A DNA stretch of 64,000 bases from an uncultured Chlamydiae bacterium (GCA_963754655.1 CAVWGN010000001.1:320001-384000), one strand, 5' to 3'. Positions 10,097-21,129 are shown, counted from the stretch's first letter. A program made the numbers and translations. The notes: generated from the sequence alone by a model not told the origin.

Positions 10097-11392
10097 ATGC
10101 AAAATCAAGAAGAAAAGAAATTAGAAGATTTTAGCCTTCCGCAACTTAATATTTTACTTAAACATTTGCGCATGGGGCAAGATCATTTGAAACTTCTGTT
10201 AACTCCTAAGCAGCTTAAAGATTTATTTCACTGGTGTGATTTAGAGAAAGAAGAAAAAAAGCAAATTTCTGCTGATAGGATTGAAAAGCTGGGCAATATG
10301 TCTTTGATTATTAATACCATCTTAACGAGTACTTTTGGAGCTTGGATGGGATTGTCTGGATGTATAGGATGTACAATAGGTTCTTATAAAATGTTAGCAT
10401 TTATTTCTATGATTGCTTTCTGTGTCAGCACCTTGATTGGGTATATGAGTTTGAAAATGACAAAGAAACAAGCGTGGAATGCCATTCAAAATCAAGTGAT
10501 CCATCAATTTCAATTACGTGTTCTCAAAATGATCAATCAAAAAATGAAAGAAAAAGAAAATTCTGTCGTTTTTTACCTTCATACTGCAATTTGTATTTTG
10601 GAAAATAACAACACAAATAATAATGAGCAAAATCGTTTGAATTTATTTGAGAATAGTTCTCAGGCTTATCAATGGTATGAGAAATTGATGAGTGTGTTAA
10701 ATGATCGCTTAAAAGAAATGAAAGATACTATCTCAACTGAAATTTATCAAAAACAAATCCAACGGGTGAATTTTCTTATTAAAAAAACGCTAGCTAAGCA
10801 TACCCATTTTTTGGAAAGCTTAGCCATGGCTAAGCAACAAGAAAAAAAACGACAACAAATGATGCCTGCTCTTTCATTTTTCAAAATTTTAACTAATCCC
10901 TCTTTTGGTATTCCTAAATACAGATCTTTAACTCCCACCTCTGGCTCTGGGATCAAAAAACATTTCAATCAATTATTGTTAGGAATCATTCCCACTATTT
11001 GGGGAGGATTTGCTTCTATGTTTGTATTTGTTGGAGGGATTCCCAATCTTGCAGGTGAGCTCAAATTTTTATGGTTACACTCTCTTTTGATCTCTCCCTT
11101 TGCTCGCGCGATTGAAATTTCTTTGGCAGGTCTTATGACGTGTTATTTTGCTTTTGCCTTTTTTTACTCCTCTAGAAAAAATTGGCAAAGGCAGCAATTA
11201 CTAGAACAAATTAAAAAAGAAATTGCCAATGAAGAGGCACGTTTATTAGAAAATAATCATAAACTTGATATGTTATTTAAATTAAAAATGCATACACAGA
11301 AATTAATTTCTAATTTCACTGTTGTAAAAAAAATGGATCAAAAATTCATGAGTCAAGATCGTTCTTTAGTCTCTGAAAACTATTTAAACTAA
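10097..11392 (+). CDS. Hypothetical membrane protein with two hydrophobic hairpins and coiled-coil-like segments
   Basis: 431-aa AT-rich ORF with a GAGGA RBS; paired hydrophobic helices near each end. Confidence 0.75.
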   Translation: MQNQEEKKLEDFSLPQLNILLKHLRMGQDHLKLLLTPKQLKDLFHWCDLEKEEKKQISADRIEKLGNMSLIINTILTSTFGAWMGLSGCIGCTIGSYKMLAFISMIAFCVSTLIGYMSLKMTKKQAWNAIQNQVIHQFQLRVLKMINQKMKEKENSVVFYLHTAICILENNNTNNNEQNRLNLFENSSQAYQWYEKLMSVLNDRLKEMKDTISTEIYQKQIQRVNFLIKKTLAKHTHFLESLAMAKQQEKKRQQMMPALSFFKILTNPSFGIPKYRSLTPTSGSGIKKHFNQLLLGIIPTIWGGFASMFVFVGGIPNLAGELKFLWLHSLLISPFARAIEISLAGLMTCYFAFAFFYSSRKNWQRQQLLEQIKKEIANEEARLLENNHKLDMLFKLKMHTQKLISNFTVVKKMDQKFMSQDRSLVSENYLN

Positions 11393-11440
11393 ACACCTAT
11401 TTTGATGGAATGTGATACACAAATGAGTGTCCATAAATCC

Positions 11441-11469
11441 TTGATTCATCTGATTTAAAGTGGTATTCT
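11441..11469 (+). promoter_or_regulatory. Candidate sigma66 promoter of uvrB
   Basis: TTGATT-17 nt-TATTCT with an extended -10 TG. Confidence 0.4.
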
Positions 11470-11536
11470 ATTAGAAATAATTCAGCATGGTTCAAAAAGA
11501 GCGAATTTTCTGATTTGATTGATAAATAAGGTGAAC

Positions 11537-13558
11537 ATGGCTAAGGCAAATTTATTTAAATTACATACAGAATTTGAACCAAAGGGTGATCAACCCGAAG
11601 CTATTGAGAAGCTTTCTACTGGAATATTGCAAAATAAACGCGCGCAGGTTTTATTGGGCATTACGGGTTCAGGTAAAACTTTTACAATGGCCAATGTCAT
11701 TGCTAAGGTGCAACGACCGACTTTGATTTTAGCCCATAATAAAACGTTGGCTGCCCAGCTTTATCAAGAGTTCAAGACTTTTTTCCCTGAAAATGCCGTT
11801 GAATACTTTGTCTCTTACTATGACTATTATCAGCCAGAAGCTTATGTGCCACGCACTGATACTTACATTGAAAAAGATATGGCGATCAATGACAAGATCG
11901 ATAAGATGCGCTTAAGTGCGACGCGTTCGTTACTTGAGCGCTCGGATGTCATTATTGTCTCTTCTGTTTCTTGTATCTATGGTTTGGGCTCGCCTGAATA
12001 TTATCGTGGCATGAATTTAACTTTATCTGTGGGGCAAGAAAGACGACGCGATGATCTTTTATTACATCTTGTCGAAATGCAGTATAAGCGTAATGACTTT
12101 GAATTTGTGCGTGCGACTTTTCGCGTACGGGGGGATAGTCTGGATATCTTTCCCGCTTATGAAGAAGACCTTGCTATTCGCGTCGAAATGTTTGGCGATG
12201 AAATTGAGCAAATCAGCGAAATTGATCCTCTAACTGGAAAACTCAAAAGGCGTATCCCCTCTATCACCATTTATCCTAGTTCACACCACGTGACTCCCGA
12301 AGAAGTGCGCTTGCATGCTCTTCAGACGATTCAGGCTGAATTAGAAGAACGGAAGCTTTTTTACGAAAAAGAGAAACAACACTTAGAGTTAGAGCGCATT
12401 CAACAGCGGACAATGTACGATTTAGAAATGTTGCGTGAAGTGGGCACATGCAAAGGCGTGGAGAACTATTCGCGACACTTTAGTATGCGACAACCAGGTC
12501 AACCTCCTCCTTGTTTATTGGACTATTTTCCGTCAGATTACCTATTGGTCATCGATGAATCACATCAAACGCTTCCTCAATTACATGCCATGTTTAATGG
12601 AGACAGAGCGCGCAAACAAACTCTTGTTGACTTTGGTTTTCGTTTGCCTTCCGCTTTCGATAATCGTCCTCTGCGCTTTGAAGAAGTTTATGGACGTATG
12701 CATCAAGTCGTTTATGTGTCAGCAACTCCTGGGTCTTGGGAGGTTCTTGAAGCACAAGGAGAAATTGTCGAGCAAGTGATTCGTCCTACCGGACTATTGG
12801 ATCCCATTATCGAAGTGAGGCCCGCCTCTGGGCAGGTGGATGATTGCTTGGCTGAAATTCGTGCACATGTTAGTAAAGGGGGACGAGTTTTAGTGACGAC
12901 GCTGACTAAAAAAATCTCTGAGGAGTTAACAGCCTATCTTAATGATCTCAATGTTAAAGCCAAGTATTTACACTCCGATATTGATACAATTGAACGGGTG
13001 CAAATTATCCGTGATCTACGCTTTGGCGAATTTGATGTACTTGTTGGAATTAACCTCTTAAGAGAAGGGTTGGATATTCCTGAAGTCTCGCTTGTCGCTA
13101 TTTTGGATGCAGATAAAGAGGGTTTTTTGCGTAGTGAAACTTCTTTGATTCAGACTTGCGGTCGTGCAGCACGCAATGCCGAAGGACGCGTCATCATGTA
13201 TGCCGATAAAATCACTAAATCTATTCAGCGGACATTAGATATTACGCAGACACGTCGTATTCATCAAGAAGAATATAATCGCTTGCATAGCATTACGCCA
13301 CGGACTGTAAAACGGGAAATTTCAGTACTCGTAGAGCCTGATGAAGATCAAGTTGCTTATCCTTCCGCATTTGAGGACAAACTGTTGCGGGCAGCCGAAG
13401 CTCAACATCATTATTTGACTCTCGATGAAGTGCGGCAAAAAATCAAGGAATGCGACATTGAAATGCGTAAAGCAGCCAAAGAAATGCGTTTTGAAGATGC
13501 TGCTGAATGGCGCGATAAAATGCGTCACTTCCAACAAATTGAGTTGACATTGGCTTAG
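11537..13558 (+). CDS. uvrB: Excinuclease ABC subunit B
   Basis: [38 protein letters not shown] and a C-terminal UVR domain; probable ATG at 11537. Confidence 0.98.
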   Translation: MAKANLFKLHTEFEPKGDQPEAIEKLSTGILQNKRAQVLLGITGSGKTFTMANVIAKVQRPTLILAHNKTLAAQLYQEFKTFFPENAVEYFVSYYDYYQPEAYVPRTDTYIEKDMAINDKIDKMRLSATRSLLERSDVIIVSSVSCIYGLGSPEYYRGMNLTLSVGQERRRDDLLLHLVEMQYKRNDFEFVRATFRVRGDSLDIFPAYEEDLAIRVEMFGDEIEQISEIDPLTGKLKRRIPSITIYPSSHHVTPEEVRLHALQTIQAELEERKLFYEKEKQHLELERIQQRTMYDLEMLREVGTCKGVENYSRHFSMRQPGQPPPCLLDYFPSDYLLVIDESHQTLPQLHAMFNGDRARKQTLVDFGFRLPSAFDNRPLRFEEVYGRMHQVVYVSATPGSWEVLEAQGEIVEQVIRPTGLLDPIIEVRPASGQVDDCLAEIRAHVSKGGRVLVTTLTKKISEELTAYLNDLNVKAKYLHSDIDTIERVQIIRDLRFGEFDVLVGINLLREGLDIPEVSLVAILDADKEGFLRSETSLIQTCGRAARNAEGRVIMYADKITKSIQRTLDITQTRRIHQEEYNRLHSITPRTVKREISVLVEPDEDQVAYPSAFEDKLLRAAEAQHHYLTLDEVRQKIKECDIEMRKAAKEMRFEDAAEWRDKMRHFQQIELTLA

Positions 13559-13659
13559 TCCTATCATTTTTAATACCGCCCAAAGCTGGTCTTAAAATTG
13601 CTTTTCTTAGACTGCTTGTATGATAGGCACATGTTGTGAATGACTTTCTGATCTATCCT

Positions 13660-14697
13660 TTACTGAATGGACTTCAAGACTTCATAAGTGTTATATCCCG
13701 CTTGCATACTTGCTGTGCTGGGTTGCAATTGATTGATAAAACGGTTCCATTCAGTTAAGGGCTTTTCAGAAATCACCACCACATCGCCAGGCATAAGCAA
13801 TAAAGAGGGATTAGGTACATGGATAATGTCTTTCCAAGCTAAACAATAAATTTTGGGTCGCGTCATGTCTCCTCGAATCACCTGAATGTAGTTTTTGTTT
13901 CCCGTGAAGGGAATACCACCCGCCATGACCAACGCTTCATTGAGAGGAATAAAACCATAAGGAATAGGAATAACCGTTGGACGAAATATCTCACCAGTCA
14001 CCATGACGATGGCATCTGTTGTATGGGCGATAAAAATTTGATCTCCTCCCCGCATAACGATATTTTGGTTTATATCTCCTTGGTGAATAAGCTTGTAGAG
14101 ATCTACTGATAATTGTTGTCCATTGCGCATGACATAACTTTTAAATAAATTGGCATAGGGGGGAATCTTTGCGATGGCCAATACTTCAGATAAACGCGTT
14201 CGTCCATCAACGCTGACCATCGATTGGTTTGCTCCGATGATTTGTACCTGTCGTTCGCGTCGTTTTTTAAAATTGACAAACACTTGTGTATTTGGAAGTT
14301 GCTCGCAATAAGCTGTCTGTATCTTTTCTCGTCCTTCATTTAACGTTAATCCTTCGACTTCCAAGGTGGAAAGATGAGGTAAGCAAACGTTGCCATTGCA
14401 GACTCGAAATCCTGTTTGCTTGTTAATCTCTTCAAGCGCTGCTACGCGATCTGGACGTTGGGGACAATAAAGTGCAATAGCTAATTCATCGCCATCGTTA
14501 ATCGTATCTTCATAAAATTGATGATTTTCCACAACATCAGCACTGCTTTGTTCTTCCAAAGCAAGAATAGCAAATTTGCCTTGGGCAATTTGCCGAGAAT
14601 CAGCTATAAACTCTTCGATATCAAAAGTTGTATGTTGATAAATAGGAGAAGTACAACCAGCTAAAAATAAAAGGATAGTCAAACTTAACAAGTGCAT
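13660..14697 (-). CDS. wza: Wza-like polysaccharide export outer-membrane lipoprotein
   Basis: Lipobox LAGC, polysaccharide-export domain, SLBB-like repeats and a C-terminal WNRFINQLQP helix. Confidence 0.8.
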   Translation of the reverse strand: MHLLSLTILLFLAGCTSPIYQHTTFDIEEFIADSRQIAQGKFAILALEEQSSADVVENHQFYEDTINDGDELAIALYCPQRPDRVAALEEINKQTGFRVCNGNVCLPHLSTLEVEGLTLNEGREKIQTAYCEQLPNTQVFVNFKKRRERQVQIIGANQSMVSVDGRTRLSEVLAIAKIPPYANLFKSYVMRNGQQLSVDLYKLIHQGDINQNIVMRGGDQIFIAHTTDAIVMVTGEIFRPTVIPIPYGFIPLNEALVMAGGIPFTGNKNYIQVIRGDMTRPKIYCLAWKDIIHVPNPSLLLMPGDVVVISEKPLTEWNRFINQLQPSTASMQAGYNTYEVLKSIQ

Positions 14698-14851
14698 AAT
14701 AAGTTATTTAAATTACAATTAAATTAAATTTTAATTAAAATCAAAAAAAAGCTAAAATATAATTAAGAGGTTCTTTTAAAATTTCAAGACTCCAAGCGTG
14801 GAAAAGGAGTTCAGGATATTGCTTTAGAACCTTTTAAACAAGGAGATTTTT

Positions 14852-14938
14852 ATGGGATTGGGAAGAATGGCATTACTATGGATTCTGGGTGTCCCCATAG
14901 GGGTCATCGTCATCCTTAAGTTACTAGGAATTATTTAA
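14852..14938 (+). CDS. 28-aa single-TM microprotein MGLGRMALLWILGVPIGVIVILKLLGII
   Basis: Strong AAGGAG RBS 6 nt before the ATG; fully hydrophobic; LLWxLGVPI motif; below the ORF-track cutoff. Confidence 0.65.
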   Translation: MGLGRMALLWILGVPIGVIVILKLLGII

Positions 14939-14988
14939 ATAATAGTAAAATAATTTTTAGATATGTTTCCAAATGGCCAAAGGCGCTA

Positions 14989-15065
14989 ATACTCGTTTAC
15001 ATGAGTTTTTGCCTATTGGGGCTGCTTGAAAGCGCCAATAGGCAAAAACTCATGTAAACGAGTAT
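14989..15065. repeat. Empty (cargo-free) shell 'A', a 77-bp hairpin
   Basis: 31-bp perfect arms atactcgtttacatgagtttttgcctattgg with a 15-nt loop; nearly identical to the left end at 596-627; a degenerate A-like end follows at about 15068. Confidence 0.9.
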
Positions 15066-15167
15066 GAGTACTCGGTCACATTCGTTTTGAGGTTTTTAAA
15101 GTGGTCGAATAGCCACAATGAATGTGATACTATCCTATTAGTCTTATTTTTTCTTGCTCACTTTATT

Positions 15168-15467
15168 TTATTCTATAGCAATATCTTGTTCTAGAGGAGC
15201 GGGAAAGGGGTGTGAATGGCGTCGGCGTAGAATAGAGATGAAGAGTAAGACGATTAATGAAAAGCAGCTAATTAAAGCAAATGCTTTCAAGTTATTTTCA
15301 CTGGAAGGCTTATTGAAAGAATGAAAAAATTCGTAAATTCTTGAAAAAACAGCAAGTACAACCTCTTTAATACGTTGGATAGGTTCGGAAACTAGTGAAT
15401 TTAAAGCAGGTTGTTGAGTGAAAAGAGCAAAAGAGGATAACGAATTAAATTGAATGGATGTAAACAT
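15168..15467 (-). CDS. Small hypothetical membrane protein
   Basis: AAGGA RBS; one TM segment followed by RRRH; Ser/Phe-rich N-terminus. Confidence 0.65.
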   Translation of the reverse strand: MFTSIQFNSLSSFALFTQQPALNSLVSEPIQRIKEVVLAVFSRIYEFFHSFNKPSSENNLKAFALISCFSLIVLLFISILRRRHSHPFPAPLEQDIAIE

Positions 15468-15532
15468 AAGAGAATCCTTTAACTAAAAAAATATAGCATT
15501 CTATTCGATTTTATATCAAATAATTTTTCCGT

Positions 15533-16333
15533 TCAATTGATAGAATCATTTGTCAAATAAAAAGCCAGCCATTCCATTTCTTCTTCTTCTTTTTGCAAAG
15601 ACCAGCCCCAACGGGCCATTTGATCAAGATAAATCTCCCGTTCTTCTATGCGAATGCCAGAAGTCAGTAGCTCTCCAGATTGCGATTGTAAGACGGTTAA
15701 AGAGGAACAGGCCGTTTGTTGTTCAGTTCGAATCATATTCATCAGCATGAGAACAGGTTGTGTAGTCGGTTGCCAACTAAATTCTGAGGGGGAACAAAAG
15801 AAACACTGCTTTTCTAAATGATTGAGTAAGGCATTTTGTCGGGAATGTTTAAGAGCTTGTTGATCAATATCGATGCCATAAGCTATTGAGGCACCCATGG
15901 CAGCTGCAGCTAGAGTTAGAATGCCGCTTCCACATCCAATATCAATGACAATGTGATGACGAAGATAATGGACTAACAACTGCAACATGAGGCGTGTCGT
16001 AGGATGGGAAAGATCGCCAAAACCAGAGCCAGGTTGTAGGCGCAAAGGGGAAGCGGCTTTCTTTAGGTCGACATGGACATAGCCTTCATGAAAATGATGA
16101 CCATGGGCTGTCCATTGGGCTTGCCAGTCAATAGAGGGTAAGGTATAGGGTTCACATGCCATGATCCAGTTAAAAGCAGTTAAGGATGCAATAGAAGGAA
16201 GATAGGCAAAAATCTCTACTCGACCTTCTTCTTCTGAACCATAAAGAATTTCAATTCCTGCTGCATGGAGAGCCTGCCAAGCTTGTTCGAGAGAATGAGA
16301 GGGATGAATAGATAGATGATAGAGCTGATTCAT
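15533..16333 (-). CDS. prmA: Ribosomal protein L11 methyltransferase-like
   Basis: PGSGFGDLSHPTT, DIGCGSGIL, GIDID and LTSGI motifs; ATG at 16333 overlaps the trkH stop. Confidence 0.82.
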   Translation of the reverse strand: MNQLYHLSIHPSHSLEQAWQALHAAGIEILYGSEEEGRVEIFAYLPSIASLTAFNWIMACEPYTLPSIDWQAQWTAHGHHFHEGYVHVDLKKAASPLRLQPGSGFGDLSHPTTRLMLQLLVHYLRHHIVIDIGCGSGILTLAAAAMGASIAYGIDIDQQALKHSRQNALLNHLEKQCFFCSPSEFSWQPTTQPVLMLMNMIRTEQQTACSSLTVLQSQSGELLTSGIRIEEREIYLDQMARWGWSLQKEEEEMEWLAFYLTNDSIN

Positions 16334-17982
16334 TAACGTTTCTCCCAAAAAGCTGGAAATAATAGGGCTAAAATTGCATAAAATTCTAGACGTCCTAAAA
16401 TCATCAAAAACGAAGATAAGTAGGTAGAAAAAGGAGATAAAAAGGCCATAGTGTTAGCAGATCCTGCGGCTTTAAAGGCAATTCCTGTATTATTGACCAT
16501 GCAAGCTGTCAATCCCAAAGCTGTTTCCGGATCTATTTTATCCAAAACGTAGCAAAATGTGCTAATGACCGAAAGGGTAATGATAATTAAGAAAAAACAG
16601 AGGACAGAAAGTGCTGTGGAATGGTCAATGTCTCTATTTCCTATGCGCGTGATTTTAACAGTTCTGGGACTAAAAATGGATTCAATTTTTATTTTTGCAA
16701 TTTGGAACAAAATCAATAGACGAATCATTTTAATTCCTCCGGCCGAAGATCCGGACATTCCTCCTAAATACATGGCAACGAGAAGGACGACTTGTATCGG
16801 ATAAGGCCAAGTGTCGTAAGGATCTACAAAAAATCCTGTTGAGGTTTGTGCCGATACCAACTGAAAAAGGCCAATGCGCAGCGCTTGAGCATAAGTATAG
16901 TCGCCTAGATTTTTTCCAGTTAACGAAAGTTGAGGGATTCCCCCTAATTGCCAAACGACAAAGGAACCGAGAATCGCTAAGGTGAGAAAAAAACTCATTA
17001 ATTCAGGTTCAAATAGGCGATAGAATTTTCCTTTTAATAGATAATAGTAAAGAGAAAAATTTAAACTTCCTAAGATCATGAAAGTAAGAATAACCCATTC
17101 GATACTGGTATGCTGATAGTAGCCAATATTTTCATTATGTACGCTAAAACCACCAGTGGATACGGTTGAGAAAGCGATTGTGATAGCATCGAAAAGGGAA
17201 ATCAAAGGGTTCACAATGAATAAAAGAATAATTTCTGCTAGTGTCAAGACTAAATAGATGAGCCACAGCTGTAAGGCTGTCTCTTTGATGCGTGGCTTAA
17301 AACCTTCCTTAAGAGGACCCGGCGTTTCTGTTTGAAATAAGATTTTGCCTTGGACCCCTAATTCGGGTAGGAAAGCGACGAATAGCACGATGATTCCCAT
17401 ACCTCCAATCCATTGCATTAGGCTGCGCCAAAAAAGAATTGCTCGGCTGACGGCTTCGAGTCCTTTCAAATGCTCGCCAGTGACAGGATCTTTTATAGGC
17501 TTTACAGTTCCATAAAAAGTGTAAGTAAAGGTTTGGGTATTGTGATAGGTATGTTGAATGGAGATCTCTTGGCCTGTCTGTAAATCATATTTCTTACTTT
17601 CTAAAACGGTGGCTCCGGTAGTTGTAAATCCGGAGACCGCTTCAAAATAGGCCTGATCAAATCTCTCTAATGTTCCTGAAAAAAGAAAAGGCAAAGCTCC
17701 AATAGCAGGCGTTAAGAACCAAATGATGACAACTGCCGCCAGCGATTCACGCTGCCGATAAATGATAGCTGAAGTTTTGCCCTTTCTTTTGCCCAAAAGC
17801 CAACCGAATCCCAAACAAATGCAAATGGTATAGACAAAAGCTGTAGTAGCATGAGGCTGAGGATGGGTCATTGCTTCAATTCTAAATTGATAATAAATAG
17901 CTAAAAGAAGAGGCAAGCATAAGATGGCTGCATATAAATAGAGATAAGAGCTAATGATCCGCAAAATCTCTCGATAAGACAT
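16333..17982 (-). CDS. trkH: Trk potassium uptake membrane protein
   Basis: FEAVSGFTTTGAT, QWIGGMGII, STGGF, GGIK and GRLE motifs. Confidence 0.93.
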   Translation of the reverse strand: MSYREILRIISSYLYLYAAILCLPLLLAIYYQFRIEAMTHPQPHATTAFVYTICICLGFGWLLGKRKGKTSAIIYRQRESLAAVVIIWFLTPAIGALPFLFSGTLERFDQAYFEAVSGFTTTGATVLESKKYDLQTGQEISIQHTYHNTQTFTYTFYGTVKPIKDPVTGEHLKGLEAVSRAILFWRSLMQWIGGMGIIVLFVAFLPELGVQGKILFQTETPGPLKEGFKPRIKETALQLWLIYLVLTLAEIILLFIVNPLISLFDAITIAFSTVSTGGFSVHNENIGYYQHTSIEWVILTFMILGSLNFSLYYYLLKGKFYRLFEPELMSFFLTLAILGSFVVWQLGGIPQLSLTGKNLGDYTYAQALRIGLFQLVSAQTSTGFFVDPYDTWPYPIQVVLLVAMYLGGMSGSSAGGIKMIRLLILFQIAKIKIESIFSPRTVKITRIGNRDIDHSTALSVLCFFLIIITLSVISTFCYVLDKIDPETALGLTACMVNNTGIAFKAAGSANTMAFLSPFSTYLSSFLMILGRLEFYAILALLFPAFWEKR

Positions 17983-19335
17983 CTAAAAGATATTCCCCAA
18001 TTCTTGAAAGTACTTTGGATTACAAATGACAATGACCATGTCTCCCGGACATATCACGCTATCACCTTTAGCAATTGAAATGCTGCCGCGATTTTGAATC
18101 ATGACGATCAAAAAATCTTTTGGTAGGCGAGGTCCTATTTCGGCTAATGGAATGCCAATAATTTGGGAATTGAGAGAGACGTTAATTTCTAAAATTTCAG
18201 CTTCATTTTCATAAAGAGAAACTAAAGAAGTGATCGATTTAGAAGTGGCTAAGGCAATAATTTGATTGGCTATTGCGAGCTTAGGAGAGACAACGTGGAC
18301 AATACCTAGATGATGCATGAGGGAAAGAAAACGGTTATTGGATAGGGGAATGATGACATTTTTACAACCTGTTTCTTTTGCCAATAGAGCACCTAATATA
18401 TTCAGCTCATCATGGGAGGTGCACATGATGTAGTAATCGGTCGGTCGGAGGTTTTCTGATAAAAGAAAATCTAAATTTGTTCCATCTTGTTGGATGATAT
18501 GGCAGTGAGGCAGCTCTTTAGCAAGTTTTTGACAATGAGAAAAATCCTTTTCAATAATTGAGACATGAATGCGATGTTCTTGCAAGATTTTGGCCAAATT
18601 AATGCCTACTAAAGAGCCCCCTATAATTAGAACTCTGTCTACTTTTTGAATGGTTAATCCCAAAAAATGATGAATATGAGAGATTTGCTGACGCTTGCCA
18701 ATAAATGTCAATTCATCACCTGGAAGAATGCAATCTGATCCATGAGGAAAAATAAGTTGAGATTTTTCATTGGGTAGATGGCGATAAATGAGTCCTAGGA
18801 TGATTCCTTTGGGCAACTGAAGTTGAGCAAGGGGTGTGTTTTGGCGATTCCAAGTCGAGGGAACTTGCAATGTACGCATTTGCACTTCGCCATGAGCAAA
18901 GTTTTCAAAAGCTAAGGATCCCGGACTAATCATGTATTTATAAATGTCATAGGCCACTAATAACTCAGGACTAATAAAATAATCGACATTAAATACGCGT
19001 GCAAAGTCTAGGCGCGTGCGATTAAGAAAAAGGTTGTCTTTTACACGTGCGATTGTTTTAGGGTAGCCTAAATGCTTGGCTATAGAACATGCCACTAAGT
19101 TGACTTCATCTTGATTTGTCAAAGCCAAAAAAAGATCAGGTTGGATTTCCAATAGATGATCGAGAAGCTGCCAATCTGTTCCAGAACCTTGCTGAATGGC
19201 TACATCCATTTGCCAAGAAACTTCTTCGAGTTTGGCGCCATTTTTATCAATGAGGATGACATTATGCTTTTGTTTAGAAAGCAAAGTCGCAATGTAAAGT
19301 CCAATGTCGCCAGCTCCAATAATGACAATATTCAT
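17983..19335 (-). CDS. trkA: Trk potassium uptake NAD-binding subunit
   Basis: MNIVIIGAGDIG start and two RCK_N/RCK_C pairs. Confidence 0.93.
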   Translation of the reverse strand: MNIVIIGAGDIGLYIATLLSKQKHNVILIDKNGAKLEEVSWQMDVAIQQGSGTDWQLLDHLLEIQPDLFLALTNQDEVNLVACSIAKHLGYPKTIARVKDNLFLNRTRLDFARVFNVDYFISPELLVAYDIYKYMISPGSLAFENFAHGEVQMRTLQVPSTWNRQNTPLAQLQLPKGIILGLIYRHLPNEKSQLIFPHGSDCILPGDELTFIGKRQQISHIHHFLGLTIQKVDRVLIIGGSLVGINLAKILQEHRIHVSIIEKDFSHCQKLAKELPHCHIIQQDGTNLDFLLSENLRPTDYYIMCTSHDELNILGALLAKETGCKNVIIPLSNNRFLSLMHHLGIVHVVSPKLAIANQIIALATSKSITSLVSLYENEAEILEINVSLNSQIIGIPLAEIGPRLPKDFLIVMIQNRGSISIAKGDSVICPGDMVIVICNPKYFQELGNIF

Positions 19336-19476
19336 GCAAACAAATCCTTTACCCAGGGGGATGTCAACATATCCTAAATTTCTCAAAATTGAAATTTGAA
19401 GTTTCCCTAAATTGCAATTTTTGAGTCCTTCAGTATAGAGTTATTGTGAAATCATTTTTTCTTAAAAGTCTAAGAG

Positions 19477-19505
19477 TTGCAAGACAAATTCATTCTCTTT
19501 ATAAT
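19477..19505 (+). promoter_or_regulatory. Sigma66-type promoter
   Basis: TTGCAA-17 nt-TATAAT upstream of the CDS at 19544. Confidence 0.6.
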
Positions 19506-19543
19506 TCAATGCTTTATCATTTGTTTTATTTTAGGATGACTTT

Positions 19544-21112
19544 ATGCATCAATTTTTTTTCCTCATTTATCTGTTTATCATTCCTTGTCTGACAGGATAC
19601 GCTACTTTATCTGCTTTGCCATGCTCCTTTACACCGTCTCTTCTGATTGGAGAAACCCCTGGAATAATAGATCAGAAAGATGAATTGAAATTGACACAAG
19701 CTGATGATGAGCAAAGAAAAGGGGTGAATAGCTTAGAAGTGAATAGAGCGATTGATGGTGATTCTGAAGAGCCCGAGCTTCTGTTGACTCATATTGAAGA
19801 GAATGGGGGGGTCACTTCTTATCAATATGATTCTTTGAGTAAACAATGTACGGTGATGCTGTGTAGTGACCAGGATCATCTGCTTTTTCGCTGTTTTTAT
19901 CGCTATGATGATCAAGGTTTTTTAGAACAGGCCGTTTGTGATGATGGACAAGGTCAAGAAGTCAATGATTTAAGAGGCGCCACACGGCGGCATACGATTT
20001 GCTTACAAGTAGGAAGTGAAAGCCCACTCCTTGGCAAACCTTTAAAGATCGAAAATTATGTTTGGGAGCCTAATTGTTCTGATAGCACAGGAACATTAGT
20101 GCATGAAATGCATTTTCAGTATGATCAACAAGGACAATTGGTGTCGACTATCGATAGTCAAGGAGAAATGACTTTTTTTAAGAATTTCAATCCGTTCACT
20201 CATGTCCAATGCGAGTATGTCAATGTAGATAATCTTTATGAGCAAATGTCCATTGGTCATATTTGGGATAGTGTTGTCAATGCTTTTTTTTCCGGCTTTC
20301 ATTACCTACAACTTTCAGCTCATCAAGCAAGAATGAAATGGAATGCAGAGTTAAATCTTCCCACTCCTATTGGTAAAGCCTTAGAAAAAATTGCCAAAGC
20401 TTTATTTGGCGAAGCGACTTACCTGTTAATGGGCCCTCATTTCGAAGAAACATATGTTGATTGCTATGGTCGGCGAGAAATTAGCGATAAAGTGCGCTTG
20501 ACATTTATCAATGGTATTTTAAATACACGCAGCATCTTGCTGCAGTCATTAGACTTTATTTCAGAATCGCATGGAGGGATTAAGGTCCATTATGTCTTTC
20601 GTCCAACCGAAGGGTGGACGGGAGATATTTCGCGGGCAGTCTTCATTAGAACGGCCTTTACACTTGGTTTTCGCTCGCAGCACGCTTACCTATTAGCGCA
20701 GCAGTGGCGAGAGCTTATTCAAGAAATGGGCGGCATTGAAGGAGGAGGAGTCATCGTGCATTATGCTCATAGTTTAGGAGGATCGGACACGGATCGAGCC
20801 CGTGAGCTTTTATCTCTGGAAGAGCAAAAAATGATTCGGGTTGTGACCTTCGGTTCCGCTACTCTTATACGCAACGTAGGCTTTCAAAGCGTGATCAATA
20901 TCGTTAGTGTGAATGATGGAGTCAGCAGTTTCTTTTTAGAACCTTTGGGGCATATCCGCAATTACTTTGATCCTGAAACCAATGTCCATTTTTATGGATC
21001 TTTTTTAAACGCACCTTATTGGCCGACTGATCATTTGTTAAATGGTCCCACTTATGGACCGCTTTTGAAAAGTTTGGGCGACAAGTTTTTGTTAGAGTTT
21101 ATGTCGAAATAA
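19544..21112 (+). CDS. Exported protein with YD/RHS-like repeats and a C-terminal alpha/beta-hydrolase-like (DUF687-like) domain
   Basis: Hydrophobic N-terminus; YQYD, YRYDDQG and FQYDQQGQL motifs; FINGILNT, AHSLGG nucleophile elbow and VTFGS. Confidence 0.6.
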   Translation: MHQFFFLIYLFIIPCLTGYATLSALPCSFTPSLLIGETPGIIDQKDELKLTQADDEQRKGVNSLEVNRAIDGDSEEPELLLTHIEENGGVTSYQYDSLSKQCTVMLCSDQDHLLFRCFYRYDDQGFLEQAVCDDGQGQEVNDLRGATRRHTICLQVGSESPLLGKPLKIENYVWEPNCSDSTGTLVHEMHFQYDQQGQLVSTIDSQGEMTFFKNFNPFTHVQCEYVNVDNLYEQMSIGHIWDSVVNAFFSGFHYLQLSAHQARMKWNAELNLPTPIGKALEKIAKALFGEATYLLMGPHFEETYVDCYGRREISDKVRLTFINGILNTRSILLQSLDFISESHGGIKVHYVFRPTEGWTGDISRAVFIRTAFTLGFRSQHAYLLAQQWRELIQEMGGIEGGGVIVHYAHSLGGSDTDRARELLSLEEQKMIRVVTFGSATLIRNVGFQSVINIVSVNDGVSSFFLEPLGHIRNYFDPETNVHFYGSFLNAPYWPTDHLLNGPTYGPLLKSLGDKFLLEFMSK

Positions 21113-21129
21113 ATGCGAATGAAAAGAAC

